64,000 bases of DNA from an uncultured delta proteobacterium (GTDB lineage Bacteria > Myxococcota_A > UBA9160 > UBA4427): positions 1-64,000 of the forward strand of contig CAWGJT010000001.1 of NCBI GenBank assembly GCA_963822965.1, read 5' to 3'. The notes beneath the pieces are model-generated. The model saw nothing but the letters and a program-made list of their open reading frames with translations, searched no databases and was not told the origin of the DNA. This document shows positions 31,209-42,138 of this stretch, piece by piece. A program made the position numbers and the translations under genes. The stretch's first letter is position 1, and each line of letters opens with the position of its first letter.

Positions 31209-33116
31209 GTGGACGGGAGCCCGCCCCTGGCAGCGGTTCAGAGGACGAGCGTGACACTACGACCGATCGCGAGGCGTGCCCGGGTGACCACTCCCTCTGC
31301 GGGCGTCTACCGCCCGCTTCGGCGCATGCTGGCCTTCGCGCGCCCGTACATCGGCTTGATCACCGTCGCGGCGCTGCTCAACCTGGTGTTCTCGGGCGGG
31401 CGCTACGCAAGGGCCCTGCTGCTGAAGCCGTTGCTGGACGGCGTGCTGCTTCCCGCCGGCCGCGGCGAGACGCCGCCGGGATTCGAATTCGGCGATCTCT
31501 TCACGATCGCGCCCGGCGGGCCCACCCCGCTCCAGTGGATCGTGATGGTCTCCATCGGGATCGTCTTCGTCATGCCCGTCACGCTGTTCGCGAAGAGCTA
31601 TCTGCAGCAGTACGCCCTCGGCTCGATCTCGATGGACCTCAAGAAGACGATCGCGTCCAAGCTGCTGCGTCTCCCCCTCTCCTTCCATCGCGGGACGGCG
31701 AGCGGGGACACGCTCTCGCGCGTGCTCAACGACGTCACCGCCGCCGAGCAGGTGCTGAACCTGGTCTTCAGCGAGTTCCTGCTGGCGGTCGCCATGGTGT
31801 TCATGGGCATCGCGAGTCTGCTCCTCATCTCCTGGCAGCTCACCCTGGTGTCCATGGTGTCGGCGCCGGCCATCGTCGTCGTGCTCGCCCTCTTCTCCCG
31901 GAAGATCCGCAGGACCGCGGCCCGCCGGCAGGCGCAGCTCAGCGAGGTGACCCAGCGCCTGATCGGGATCCTATCGGGCATCAAGGTCATCAAGGCCTTC
32001 AAGGGCGAGGAGAACGAGAACCGCGCGTTCGCCGTGGAGACCGACAAGCTCTTCAAGCGCGCCATGAAGGTGGTGAAGAACCGGGTGCTCTCGCGGAGCC
32101 TGGTGGAGGTGCTGAACACGGCGGTCGGCGTCGGCGTCCTGCTGCTGGCGACGGTCCTGGTGCTGGAGGGACGCTGGGGGCTCACCACGGGCGACGTGGC
32201 GGCGTTCACCACCGCCCTGGCCACCACCTACAAGCCGGTGAAGACGCTCTCGAAGGGGTGGGCGAAGCTGATGGACGCCCTGTCGTCGGCCGAGCGCTTC
32301 TTCCACATCCTGGACATGCCCGTCGAGCTGCCGGACTCCACGGGTGCCGTCGAGCTCACCGGGGTGCACGACGAGATCCGCTTCGACCGCGTCTCGTACA
32401 GCTACGGGCGCGAGGAGGTGCTGCGCGACGTCTCCCTCGCGGTGCGGGCCAACGAGGTGGTGGCGATCGTCGGACGCACGGGCTCGGGAAAGACCACCTT
32501 GATGGACCTGATGCTTCGCTTCGACGATCCCGACGAGGGGTCGATCACGATCGACGGCGTCGACCTCCGCAACATCAAGCGCGACTCGTTCCTCGACCGG
32601 GTCGCCGTGGTCACCCAGGAGCCCTTCCTCTTCGACACGACGATCCGGGAGAACATCCGATACGGGCGGCCGGACGCCAGCGAGGAGGAGATCCGCACCG
32701 CGGCCCGGCACGCCCACGTCGAGGAGTTCGTCGACCAGCTGCCCGAAGGCTACGACACGCCCGTCGGCGAGTTCGGAACCCTGCTCTCGGGCGGGCAGCG
32801 TCAGCGGATCACCATCGCCCGGGCGATCCTCAAGAATCCCTCGATCCTCGTCTTCGACGAGGCCACCAGCTCGCTGGACGCCAAGACCGAACGCACGGTG
32901 CAGCAGGCCATCGACACCCTGCGCGGCAAGCGGACGGTGTTCGTGGTGGCCCACCGGCTCTCTACGATTCGCAACGCCGACCGCATCGTGGTGCTCGAGC
33001 AGGGGCGCGTCTCGCAGGAGGGCACCCACGACGAGCTGATCGCCCAGAGCGGCCTCTACCGCGAGTTCGTCGCGCTGCAGACCGAGCCGGGAGAGAGCCC
33101 CGCGCTGGCCGGCTGA
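31209..33116 (+). CDS. msbA: MsbA-like ABC exporter (start uncertain, 31209-31326)
   Basis: TMD plus [28 protein letters not shown]; near LPS genes. Confidence 0.75.
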   Translation: MDGSPPLAAVQRTSVTLRPIARRARVTTPSAGVYRPLRRMLAFARPYIGLITVAALLNLVFSGGRYARALLLKPLLDGVLLPAGRGETPPGFEFGDLFTIAPGGPTPLQWIVMVSIGIVFVMPVTLFAKSYLQQYALGSISMDLKKTIASKLLRLPLSFHRGTASGDTLSRVLNDVTAAEQVLNLVFSEFLLAVAMVFMGIASLLLISWQLTLVSMVSAPAIVVVLALFSRKIRRTAARRQAQLSEVTQRLIGILSGIKVIKAFKGEENENRAFAVETDKLFKRAMKVVKNRVLSRSLVEVLNTAVGVGVLLLATVLVLEGRWGLTTGDVAAFTTALATTYKPVKTLSKGWAKLMDALSSAERFFHILDMPVELPDSTGAVELTGVHDEIRFDRVSYSYGREEVLRDVSLAVRANEVVAIVGRTGSGKTTLMDLMLRFDDPDEGSITIDGVDLRNIKRDSFLDRVAVVTQEPFLFDTTIRENIRYGRPDASEEEIRTAARHAHVEEFVDQLPEGYDTPVGEFGTLLSGGQRQRITIARAILKNPSILVFDEATSSLDAKTERTVQQAIDTLRGKRTVFVVAHRLSTIRNADRIVVLEQGRVSQEGTHDELIAQSGLYREFVALQTEPGESPALAG

Positions 33117-33239
33117 CGAGCCCCGGGGCGGCGCCGCGGCGAATTCCCGGCTCACTCCGGCGGCGAAGCCCGGAGCGCGACCCGGGACGAAGTCTTCGGT
33201 CGCGGTGCCGGCGCATCAGGCAACCCCGACGGCTCCCTC

Positions 33240-33410
33240 GGCTAGGAGCCTGACCCAAGACTCCCGTGGAAAGCCCTGGCGTCGAGGCGCGCCACTGGCA
33301 AGGCGCGTGAGGAGGCCGTAGCGCGGGCTACGGCGACGCAGCGCAACGCAGCCAGCGGCGATGCATCGGCGTCAGGGCGGCGCGAGGTGTCTTGGGTCAG
33401 GCTCCTAGCC
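33240..33410. mobile_element. MITE-like palindromic element
   Basis: 22-bp perfect inverted repeat ggctaggagcctgacccaagac / gtcttgggtcaggctcctagcc, CTAG at both ends, nested internal stems, no transposase. Confidence 0.8.
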
Positions 33411-33469
33411 AGCAGGCCGGCCCAGGATGGGTCGGCTTGCGCCGCAAACGAATCCTGCGGATTCGTCAG

Positions 33470-34271
33470 CTAGGGAAGGTCTGTACGCGCCGCCTCGGGC
33501 CGGCGCGCACGCTCCCACAGCTTCGCGTACTTGAGGAACACCGCCCAGCCGATGGCGGCCGCCACCACGAAACCGACGACGCCGTCCCGGAAGCCCGCCT
33601 TGAGCACGTAGCAGCGCAGGAAGCGGGCGGGCGGGCGCAGCACCAGGTCGGAGATCCGCGTCCGGCGCCCCGCCCGGTACAGCGCCTCCGCGGCCTCCCG
33701 GGTGTGCGCCTGGATGCGATCGAGCTGATCCGCGAGGTCGCGATAGCTGTAGTGGAGGAGCTCGCCGTCGAGGCGCTCCACGCGACCGTCCACCTCGGCG
33801 CGCCCGTGCGGGTTGTGCCCGACCCAACGCATGTGCGAGCGACGGAAGAGCCGCAGCTTCCAGTCCGGATGCCAGTCGCCGTGCCGCACCCAGCGCCCCA
33901 GGTGCCAGGCGACCCGGTTCATCTCGTAGCCACGGGCCCGGGCGGCCTCCGCCCCGCCGGACAGCGCCCCCCGGATGGACGTCGGCGAGCTCCGGGCTCA
34001 CCACCTCGTCCGCGTCGACGCTGAGCACCCACTCGTGCCGGGCGAGCCCGGTGGTGAAGCGCTTCTGCTCGAGGTCGCCCGGGTAGGCGTGCACGACCAC
34101 GCGCGTCGCGAGCTCCTGCGCGATCTTCTCGCTGGCGTCGCGGCTCTTCGAGTCGACGACCACCACGATCTCGTCGGCAAACGCGACGGACGCGAGGCAG
34201 CGGCCGAGCGTCTCCTCGTCGTCACACGCCATCACGCAGGCGCTGACGGGGAGACCGCTGTGCGGGCTCAC
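33470..34271 (-). CDS. GT2 glycosyltransferase (WaaE/KdtX-like), frameshifted at about 33970
   Basis: VSACVMACDDEETLGRCLASV, WVLSVDADE, then WVRHGDWHPDWKLRLFRR...LLHYSY...RFLRCYVLKAGFRDG...FLKYAKLWE. Confidence 0.85.
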
Positions 34272-34281
34272 GCGTGCGGGC

Positions 34282-36459
34282 TCATCCGCGCACCCGCTCC
34301 ACCGAGCGCACGCCCTTCACCCGCTGGATCTCCTTCATGACGGCGTTCAGGCTGTCGAGGTCGGTGACCCACAGCTCGAAGGTCTGCACCGCCTGTCCGC
34401 TCTCGTCCGGTCGTGATGGTGGCCGCGCCGATGTTGATGCCCGCCGCGGAGATCGACTTCGGTGACCTTGGCGAGCAGGCCCGGCTGGTCGACCGAGCGT
34501 GACGCGGATCTTGATCGGCCGCGCGGCGGCCGACTCGTCGTCCCACTGCACGTCGATCCGCCGGTCGGGATCGAACTCGAAGACCTGCGGGCAGTCGCGC
34601 ACGTGCACCGTGACGCCCCGGCCGCGGGTCACGAAGCCGATCACGTCGTCGCCGGGCAGTGGATCGCAGCAGCCCGCGAAGCGCACCAGCACGTCCGGCA
34701 GGCCGGACACCCGGATGCCCGTGTCGTCCTCGCTGCGCTTCTCCCGGCGGAAGAGGCTGCGCAGGCGCGCGGGCGTGGAGCGCGAGGGCTCGGGCGCGGG
34801 CACCGGCGCGCCGCCCGCGAGCTTGTCGAGCAGACTGGCGGCCGCGACCTTGCCGTAGCCCACCGCCGCAGAAGAGCTCTTCGAGCGGTGCCGCGCTGCC
34901 CCTGGTCGCGCGCCACGGGCTCGAGATCGCCGCTCTTCAAGAGCTGGGGGAACGAGAGCCGGCGCTTCCGGCACTCCCGCTCGAGGATCTCGCGTCCCAG
35001 CTGGATCGCCGCGCTCCTGCCCCTGCACCCGGATGGCGTGGCGGATGCGGGTGCGCGCCTTGCCGGAGACCACGAAGTCGAGCCAGTCCTTGCGCGGGAT
35101 CTGGCGCGAGCTCGTCTGGATCTCGACGGTATCGCCGTTGTGCGAGCACGTGGCGCAGCGGAACCATCTTGCCGTTCACCCGGGCGCCCGGCGCACTGGT
35201 CTCCCACCTCGCTGTGGATCGCGTAGGCGAAGTCGAGGGCGGTGGCGCGCTGCGGCAGGTTGATGACCTCGCCCCGCGGCGTGAACACGAAGACCTCGTC
35301 GGGGAAGAGGTCGACCTTCACCGTGTCGAGGAACTCGTGGGGGTCGGCGAGCTCACGCTGCCACTCCAGCAGCTGGCGCAGCCAGGCGAACTTCTCGGCG
35401 TCCTGTCCGTCGGTGTCGAAGCGCCCTTCCTTGTACTTCCAATGGGCCGCGATGCCGAGCTCGGCGTTCCGGTGCATCTCGGCGGTCCGGATCTGCACCT
35501 CCATGCGCTCGCCGTAGGGAGCCGATCACCGTGGTGTGGAGCGACTGGTAGCCGTTGGGCTTGGGCAGGGCCACGTAGTCCTTGAAGCGCGCCGGCACGG
35601 GCCGCCAGGTGCTGTGCACGATCCCCAGCGCCGCGTAGCAATCCGACGGTGAGCCGTTGATCACGATGCGGAAGGCGATCATGTCGTAGATCTCGTCGAG
35701 CCCCACGCCCTGGTTCTGCATCTTCGCGTGGATCGAGGAGAAGTCCTTCAGCCGGCCGGTCACCTCCACGTTCATGCCCGCCTGCACGAGCTTCGCGGAG
35801 ATCTCGCCGATGACCTCCTCGATGTACTTCTCGCGCTCGGCGCGGTTGCCCGCGATCTGCTTTTCGAGCTCTTCCACCACCGCGGGGTGCAGGGTGCGGA
35901 AGGCCAGGTCCTCGAGCTCCTGCTTCATCCAGTGGATGCCGAGGCGGTGCGCCAGGGGCGCGTAGATCTCGAGGGTCTCCTGGGCGATGCGCCGCGCGGA
36001 GTCCTCCTTCATGAAGCCCAGGGTGCGCATGTTGTGCAGGCGGTCGGCGAGCTTGATGAGCAGGATGCGGATGTCCTCGGACATGGCCAGCAGCATCTTG
36101 CGGAAGTTCTCGGCCTGGCGGGCTCGCGGCGAGGTGAACTCGATGCGGGCGATCTTCGTGAGCCCCTCGACCAGGAAGGCCACCTGATCGCCGAAGAGGC
36201 GTACCAGCTCCTCCCGGGTGGTGAGGGTGTCCTCCAGGGTGTCGTGCAGCAGGCCGGCCGCGACGGTCACGTCGTCGACGCGCATCTGCACCAGGATGCC
36301 GGCGACCTCGAGGGGATGGATCAGGTAGGGCTCGCCCGAGAGCCGCTCCTGGCCGTCGTGCACCTTGGCGGAGAACACGTAGGCGCGCTGGAGCAGCCCG
36401 AGATCGACGCCGGGGTTGTACTCCAGCATCTGGTCGGCGATGTCGTTGAAGCGCAGCAT
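34282..36459 (-). CDS. spoT: Bifunctional (p)ppGpp synthetase/hydrolase of the Rel/SpoT family, multiple frameshifts
   Basis: SGEPYLIHP, LLHDTLED, KLADRLHNMRTL, APLAHRLG, KPNGYQSLHT, EVQIRT, AAHWKYK, TGS DFAYAIH, CCDPLPGD, ACT domain. Confidence 0.95.
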
Positions 36460-36556
36460 CGCGCTCCGGACCCCCTGACCCTTCGGGTCTTTCTCTACCG
36501 CTTTTCCCGCTTTTCCCTTCTAGATCGGCGAGTTCCGCCGCACGGGGACGATGGCG

Positions 36557-36585
36557 AGAGTACCCGGGCGTCCGCGCCCGGGCAA
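36557..36585 (-). promoter_or_regulatory. sigma70-type promoter upstream of rel/spoT
   Basis: TTGCCC-N17-TACTCT. Confidence 0.55.
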
Positions 36586-36655
36586 ACCGGCCCCCGGCCC
36601 GAGCGCCCCCGAGCCCTCCGAAGAGGACAACGCTCAGGTTGCCCTCCGGTTGCCA

Positions 36656-36680
36656 GTCAGCGCCCCAGCGGGGCGCTGAC
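36656..36680 (-). terminator. Hairpin directly after the gmk stop
   Basis: gtcagcgcccc-agc-ggggcgctgac, 11-bp perfect stem; no U-tract. Confidence 0.45.
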
Positions 36681-36683
36681 CGC

Positions 36684-37382
36684 TCAGGACGCAGCGCCTC
36701 CGTCCCCGACATCGACGGCCCCGCGCCAGCGCTTGAACACCCGCGCCTGCCCGAGGCGCGCATGCACCGCCGCGGTGTGACCGCTGCGCTCGGCGGCGAC
36801 GATCTCGAGCAGGTCGTCGACGGCCTGCTCGACGCGCTCGTTCACCACCGCGTAGTCGAAGAACTCGATGGCTTCGAGCTCCTGCAGGGCGATGGCCAGC
36901 CGCTTGGCGATGGTGCCCTCGCTGTCGGTGCCCCGGCCGCGCAGGCGCTCCCGCAAGGTGGCCATGTCCGGCGGCAGCAGGAAGACGAAGCAGGCGTCCC
37001 GCCGCCGCTCGCGGAACTGCCGGGCCCCTTTGACCTCGATCTCGACGATCAGGTCCCAGCCCTGGGAGAGCGGCTCTTCCAGGGCGTCCCAGCTGGTGCC
37101 GTAGAGGTTGTCCCCGTACTCCGCGTACTCCACGAAGGCGCCGCTCTTCACCAGCTCGTGGAAGCGCTCGTTGCTCACGAAGTGGTAGTCGACGCCGTCG
37201 CGCTCGCCCGCGCGCGGGGATCGCGTCGTGTGGGAGACCGAGAAGCGCAGGTTCGGATCGCGGGCGAGAGCCGCGCGGCACACGGTCGTCTTGCCCGTGC
37301 CCGAGGGCGCGGCGACGACGAACGGGCGTCCCCGCCGGTCCGCCGGACCGGACGCCGGAGCGCGCTCGGAGGCATCGCTCAC
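36684..37382 (-). CDS. gmk: Guanylate kinase
   Basis: [39 protein letters not shown]. Confidence 0.97.
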   Translation of the reverse strand: MSDASERAPASGPADRRGRPFVVAAPSGTGKTTVCRAALARDPNLRFSVSHTTRSPRAGERDGVDYHFVSNERFHELVKSGAFVEYAEYGDNLYGTSWDALEEPLSQGWDLIVEIEVKGARQFRERRRDACFVFLLPPDMATLRERLRGRGTDSEGTIAKRLAIALQELEAIEFFDYAVVNERVEQAVDDLLEIVAAERSGHTAAVHARLGQARVFKRWRGAVDVGDGGAAS

Positions 37383-37753
37383 GAATCGGCGGCCGGCTCT
37401 TTCCGGTCGAGACGCGCGGCGATCGTCTCCGGGTTGACCGCGGAGAGGATCACGTGGTCGCTGTCCGTCACCAGGATCGAGCGGGTGCGGCGGCCCTGGG
37501 TGGCGTCGACGAGCTTGCCGCGCTCGCCGGCCTCCTCGCGCAGCCGGCGCATGGGCGACGACTGGGGCGACACGATCGCCACCACCCGGGACGCCATCAA
37601 GAGGTTGCCGTAGCCGATGTTGAGGAACAGCGGCAGCGAGGCTTCGTCGCCGCCCGCGCGCTCGGGTCGACGCCCGTTCGCTCGCGGCTCGGCCCGTCGG
37701 GGCTCCACCTTGCGGACCGTGCGGTGGGGGGTCTTGCGCGCCGGGCTACTCAA
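37379..37753 (-). CDS. remA: RemA/DUF370 family protein (start uncertain)
   Basis: [28 protein letters not shown]...[31 protein letters not shown]; lies between yicC and gmk. Confidence 0.88.
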   Translation of the reverse strand: MSSPARKTPHRTVRKVEPRRAEPRANGRRPERAGGDEASLPLFLNIGYGNLLMASRVVAIVSPQSSPMRRLREEAGERGKLVDATQGRRTRSILVTDSDHVILSAVNPETIAARLDRKEPAADS

Positions 37754-38636
37754 CGTTCTGCACCTGTTCGCGCACCCGCTCGAGCTCGGTCTTGAGATCG
37801 ACGACGAGGTGCGCGATGTCGGCGTCGTTGCCCTTGGATCCGATCGTGTTCGTCTCCCGCCCCATCTCCTGGAGCAGGAAGTCGAGCTGGCGGCCGATCG
37901 CGATCCCGGCCCCCGAGCCGTCGAGCACGCCGTGGAACTGGTCGATGTGGCTCCGCAGACGAACGACCTCCTCGGTGATGTCCAGGCGATCCGCGGCGAT
38001 GACGATCTCCTGGTGGAGCCGGGCTTCGTCGAGCAGGCCCGTCTCGACCTCCAGCTTCTCCATGCGGCGGCGCAGCTTCTCGCGCACCGCCTCGACGACC
38101 CCGCCGGCGCGCACCTCCACCGCGTCCACGAGCTGGGCGATCGAGTCCAGGCGCTCGCGGACCTCGCGCTCGAGGCTCTCCCCTTCGCGGGCGCGCATGA
38201 CGTCGACGGCCGCGAGGGTCGCATCGAGGGCGGCCTCGACGGCGCTCTGCAGGTGCCCGGGATCGATCTCGCGCTCGACGAAGCGCGTCACCCCGGGCAG
38301 GGCGAGGAGCTCCGCCGGCCGCAGGTCCCCCTCGAGGCCGTGGGCCTCGGCCAGCTGCCGGGCGGCCGCCACGATCTGGCCGGCGAGAAGGTGGTCGACC
38401 TCGAGGGCGGGCGGTGCGGCGGCGCCGGTCGCGGTGGCGATGCCGACGTCGACCTTCCCGCGCTTCAGGTGGTCCTGCACCCGCGTCTTCAGGGCGGACT
38501 CGTGCTCCGCGAGGGAGCGTGGCAGCCGGATGCGGACGTCGAGGTGGCGGTGGTTGACGGTGCGGATCTCGATCTCGAAGGGAACGCCGTCCACGTCGAA
38601 GGTCTCGCGACCGAAGCCGGTCATGCTGCGGATCAC
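37746..38636 (-). CDS. yicC: YicC/YloC family endoribonuclease
   Basis: [54 protein letters not shown]. Confidence 0.96.
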   Translation of the reverse strand: MIRSMTGFGRETFDVDGVPFEIEIRTVNHRHLDVRIRLPRSLAEHESALKTRVQDHLKRGKVDVGIATATGAAAPPALEVDHLLAGQIVAAARQLAEAHGLEGDLRPAELLALPGVTRFVEREIDPGHLQSAVEAALDATLAAVDVMRAREGESLEREVRERLDSIAQLVDAVEVRAGGVVEAVREKLRRRMEKLEVETGLLDEARLHQEIVIAADRLDITEEVVRLRSHIDQFHGVLDGSGAGIAIGRQLDFLLQEMGRETNTIGSKGNDADIAHLVVDLKTELERVREQVQNVE

Positions 38637-39697
38637 CGGCCTGCCTCCCGGGACGCCGAGCCCCCCCCGCCCACGGGCGCCGCGGCCCGCGCCGCGGCCC
38701 GCACGGCGGGCAGGGCGGCGCGCAGCTCGTCGCGATCGGCGGTGGCCGTGCCCGCCTTGCGCACCACCACCGCGGCGGCAGCGTGCGCGAGCACCGTCGC
38801 CTCCGCGAGGCTGGCTCCCGCCTGCCGGGCGAGGCTCAAGGTGGCGATGATCGTGTCGCCCGCTCCCTGCACGTCGAACACCTCCTGCCGGACCGTCGGC
38901 ACGTAGAGGCCCGGACGGCTCCCCTCGAAGATGGCGATTCCCGACTCGCCCTGCGTGATGGCCACGTCGGCCCCGCCGGCGAGCTTCTGGATGCGTCTGC
39001 CCACCGCTTCGAGGCCTCCCGGGTCCCGTGCCCGCAGGCCGCTGATGGCTTCGGCCTCGCGCAGGTTCGGCTTCACCAGAGCGGCTCCCGGAAACGGCGC
39101 GAGATCGTACTTCGGATCCAGGCTCACCGGGAGCGACGCGGCCGCCGCCATGCGCATGATCGCCCGGCCGACCTCCAGGGAGAAGAGCCCCTTGGCGTAG
39201 TCCTCGAGGACGACGGCATCCACCCCCGGCAGGGCGCTCTCGACGGACGCCAGCAGGCGGGAGGCGGCGTCGGACGGCAGCGGCTCGTCGCTCTCGCGAT
39301 CCACGCGCACCACCTGCTGTCGCCGGGCGACCACGCGTGTCTTGCGGGTGGTCGGTCGTCCGGCGAGGCGCAGGCTGCCGGACGGATCGACGCCCAGGTC
39401 CTGGAGCAACGCCACCATCCGGTCGCCGGCGGCGTCGTCCCCGACGACGCAGCAGAACGCGCAGCGACCGCCGAGGGCGACGACGTTGCGGACGACGTTG
39501 CCCGCGCCGCCGAGCACCGTCGACTCGCCCGAGACGTGGACCACGGGGACGGGCGCCTCGGGGCTCACCCGGGACGCGTCGCCGTAGAGATACTCGTCGA
39601 GGAAGGCGTCGCCGACGACGAGCAGGCGTGCCTTGCCGAAGGCATCGAGCAGCTGCTCGACCCGATCGTCCCCCAGGCTGTCCGCCCCGCCCTGCAT
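38633..39697 (-). CDS. rfaE1: D-glycero-D-manno-heptose-7-phosphate kinase (stand-alone RfaE domain I)
   Basis: VVGDAFLDEYLYG..SRVSPEAPVPV, GGAGNV, LEDYAKG, KPNLRE, VFDVQGAGDT; no adenylyltransferase domain. Confidence 0.9.
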   Translation of the reverse strand: MQGGADSLGDDRVEQLLDAFGKARLLVVGDAFLDEYLYGDASRVSPEAPVPVVHVSGESTVLGGAGNVVRNVVALGGRCAFCCVVGDDAAGDRMVALLQDLGVDPSGSLRLAGRPTTRKTRVVARRQQVVRVDRESDEPLPSDAASRLLASVESALPGVDAVVLEDYAKGLFSLEVGRAIMRMAAAASLPVSLDPKYDLAPFPGAALVKPNLREAEAISGLRARDPGGLEAVGRRIQKLAGGADVAITQGESGIAIFEGSRPGLYVPTVRQEVFDVQGAGDTIIATLSLARQAGASLAEATVLAHAAAAVVVRKAGTATADRDELRAALPAVRAAARAAAPVGGGGSASREAGR

Positions 39698-39750
39698 CGT
39701 CGAAACGCTCCTCCCACCCGCGGCGCCCGCCCCCCGGCGCACGCCGGCCC

Positions 39751-40839
39751 TCAGCTTCCCGCGTTCTCGACGCCGCGTCGACCTCCGTCGGCCGGCGGCG
39801 CGGCAGGCGCCTCCAGCCAACGCTCGACGCCCGCGATCACGCGGTCCGGCGTGAGCCGGGTCATGCAGCGGTGGTCGATCGGACAGACCCTCTCGTAGCA
39901 CGGCCGGCAGGCGACGTCGGTCTCCACCACGTGCACCTTCTCGAGATTGCAGTCGGTCTTCTCCAGGCTGGTGGGTCCCAGCAGCATTACGCAGGGAACC
40001 CCCAGCGCCACGGCCACGTGACGGGCCCCGGCGTCGTTGCACACGAGCACCCGGCAGCGGCGGATCACCGCCTTGAGGGCGCCCGGATCGAGCACGCCGG
40101 CCAGCCGGACCGCCGGCCGCTCCATGGCGCCGGCCACCCGGGTGACGAGATCCTCCTCCCCCGGCGCTCCCAGGATCGCCACGGGCAGCCCTCGACGCGC
40201 GGCGTCGTCCCCGACCCGGGCGAAGGACGCCGCCGGCCACAGCTTCGAGCTGCCGTAGGACGCACCCGGTGCCAGCGCGACGAACCCCGTCCCGCCGGCC
40301 GCTCCCGCCGCGGACAGGGCGGCGTCGGCACGCGCCTCGTCGGCCGCCGTCGTGAAGAGCTCCAGCTGGGTGCCCCGGCTCGCCGCGCCCGCCCGCTCCG
40401 TGAGGGCCAGCGCCCAGCGCTCGCGGGCCATCCAGCGGCGACGGCCGGCGGGGTGCGCGTCCCGCACGGAATCGTGCAGCAGCAGCCCCCGGCCGGCGCG
40501 GGCATGCCCGACGATCCGCCGCACGCCGGCGGCGCGCATGAGCAGCACCGACGACCAGGAATCCGGAATGCAGATCCCCAGGTCGAAGCCGCCGCACGCC
40601 CGCAGGGCGCGTCCCTCCGCGAGCATCGCCCGGGCACCCGCGTGGTACGAGCGCACCGGAGCCAGCGCGTCGAACCAGGGCGCTCCGGAGAGAGCCGGCA
40701 GCAGGGACTCGCGCGCGTGCAGGGTGATGTGCGCCGAGGGAAAGCCGCAGCGCAGGGCGCGGAAGGCGGGCGTGCACATCACGAGATCGCCGAGCCAGTT
40801 GGGCCCGCGCACCAGGATCGCCCGGGGTGCCGGGGTCAC
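39751..40839 (-). CDS. waaF: LPS heptosyltransferase II (GT9)
   Basis: ILVRGPNWLGDLVM, APGASYGSSKLWP, VCNDAGARHVA, CRPCYERVCPIDHRCM. Confidence 0.88.
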   Translation of the reverse strand: MTPAPRAILVRGPNWLGDLVMCTPAFRALRCGFPSAHITLHARESLLPALSGAPWFDALAPVRSYHAGARAMLAEGRALRACGGFDLGICIPDSWSSVLLMRAAGVRRIVGHARAGRGLLLHDSVRDAHPAGRRRWMARERWALALTERAGAASRGTQLELFTTAADEARADAALSAAGAAGGTGFVALAPGASYGSSKLWPAASFARVGDDAARRGLPVAILGAPGEEDLVTRVAGAMERPAVRLAGVLDPGALKAVIRRCRVLVCNDAGARHVAVALGVPCVMLLGPTSLEKTDCNLEKVHVVETDVACRPCYERVCPIDHRCMTRLTPDRVIAGVERWLEAPAAPPADGGRRGVENAGS

Positions 40840-41990
40840 GCCGAAGCGATCTCCGGCTGAGCGTCCGCGAGCATCTCCCGGGCGGCCGCCAGGACGGCCG
40901 CGGGCGGCAGCACGTTCATGCAGGTTGCCGCCGCACAGCCCCGCCGGCACGGACTGCAACCCACGGGCACCCGCACCTGGCGCGCGGGCGTCCCCGGCCA
41001 GGGCCGGTTCTCGACCGGATCCGTGGGCCCGAGCACCTGGACCACCGGCGTCCCCACCAGCGACGCCAGGTGCAGGGGCCCGGAGTCGCTTCCCAGGAAG
41101 ATGCGGCAGGCGGCGAAGAGGGCGGCCAGGTCGGCGGGGGTCGGCGTGGCCGGCGCGAGCACCGCCGCCGGGCCGCCGACCGCCGCGCTCGCGTCGACGA
41201 CCGCCCGGGCGAGCTCGCGCTCGCGATCGCCGCCCGCCGAGACGACGCACGCGAGCCCCTGCTCGCGCAGCCCGCGGGCGACGGCCGCCCAGTGCTGCAC
41301 CGGATAGCGCTTGTAGGGCGTCCGCTCGCTGCTCCCGGGATGGATGACGGCCACGCCGCCGCCCGGCCCGCTGCGGGTGGCCTCGGCCAGGCGCTCCCGC
41401 ATGCGGGCGGCCCGGATCGGATCGACGAGCCAGCCCGCCCCCCGGCCCGCGCTCGCGCACGGGGCGGTCGGCAGACCGGCGCCCAGGAAGTCGATCAGCG
41501 CGGCATTGCGAACGAATCGGGAGACGCGGTCCGGCGACACCCGAACGCGACGGTTCGCGAACGCCGAGGAGAACTCTCGCGCGAAGGGCCGGGCGTAGCC
41601 GACCCGCAGCGGCGCACCCGACGCGCGCGCGAGCAGCCCGGTCTTCAGGATGCCGTGGAAGTCGAGCACGAGATCGAAACGCCGGCGCCGGAGCGCCACC
41701 ACGAATCGAGCGACGTCGCGGGCCAGCGCGAGCACCCGGCGCTGGCGCCAGTGGTCTTCGAGCGTTTCCCGGGGAAACACGATCCGCTCGTCCAGGCCGG
41801 CGAGGCCGTGCAGCACGCCCTCGGATCTCGGCTCCACGAGCCAGGCCACGTGCGCGGCGGGATAGCGGTCGCGAAGCGCGGCGAACGCGGGCAACGTTCG
41901 CACCACGTCGCCCATGGCGCCCAGGCGGACGACGAGGATGCGATCGGCCGCGGGCGGCTGGGAGAGCGGGTTCTGACAGGCAGCCTGCAC
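40836..41990 (-). CDS. GT9 heptosyltransferase family protein (WaaC-like)
   Basis: RILVVRLGAMGDVVRTLP, DLVLDFHGILKT, IHPGSS..YKRYP, GSDSGPLHLA. Confidence 0.85.
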   Translation of the reverse strand: MQAACQNPLSQPPAADRILVVRLGAMGDVVRTLPAFAALRDRYPAAHVAWLVEPRSEGVLHGLAGLDERIVFPRETLEDHWRQRRVLALARDVARFVVALRRRRFDLVLDFHGILKTGLLARASGAPLRVGYARPFAREFSSAFANRRVRVSPDRVSRFVRNAALIDFLGAGLPTAPCASAGRGAGWLVDPIRAARMRERLAEATRSGPGGGVAVIHPGSSERTPYKRYPVQHWAAVARGLREQGLACVVSAGGDRERELARAVVDASAAVGGPAAVLAPATPTPADLAALFAACRIFLGSDSGPLHLASLVGTPVVQVLGPTDPVENRPWPGTPARQVRVPVGCSPCRRGCAAATCMNVLPPAAVLAAAREMLADAQPEIASA

Positions 41991-42138
41991 CGTGCTCTCC
42001 CGGACCCCCGCCTGGACCGCGGCTCCCGCCCGGTCCGGACGTCGCCGCCGGGCTTCGGCCGCCGAGCACCGGTCGTGCGGAGACAGCCGTTTCAGCCCGC
42101 CTCGCCGGCGCCCAGGGGGACGGATACGATACCGCGGC

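Noticed and set aside
34260..34285. Duplicated gtgcgggctca giving a mini-ORF MSPHA before the GT2 gene
   Set aside because: Most simply one N-terminus (MSPHAVSPHS) with a 1-bp read error; no evidence for a leader peptide.
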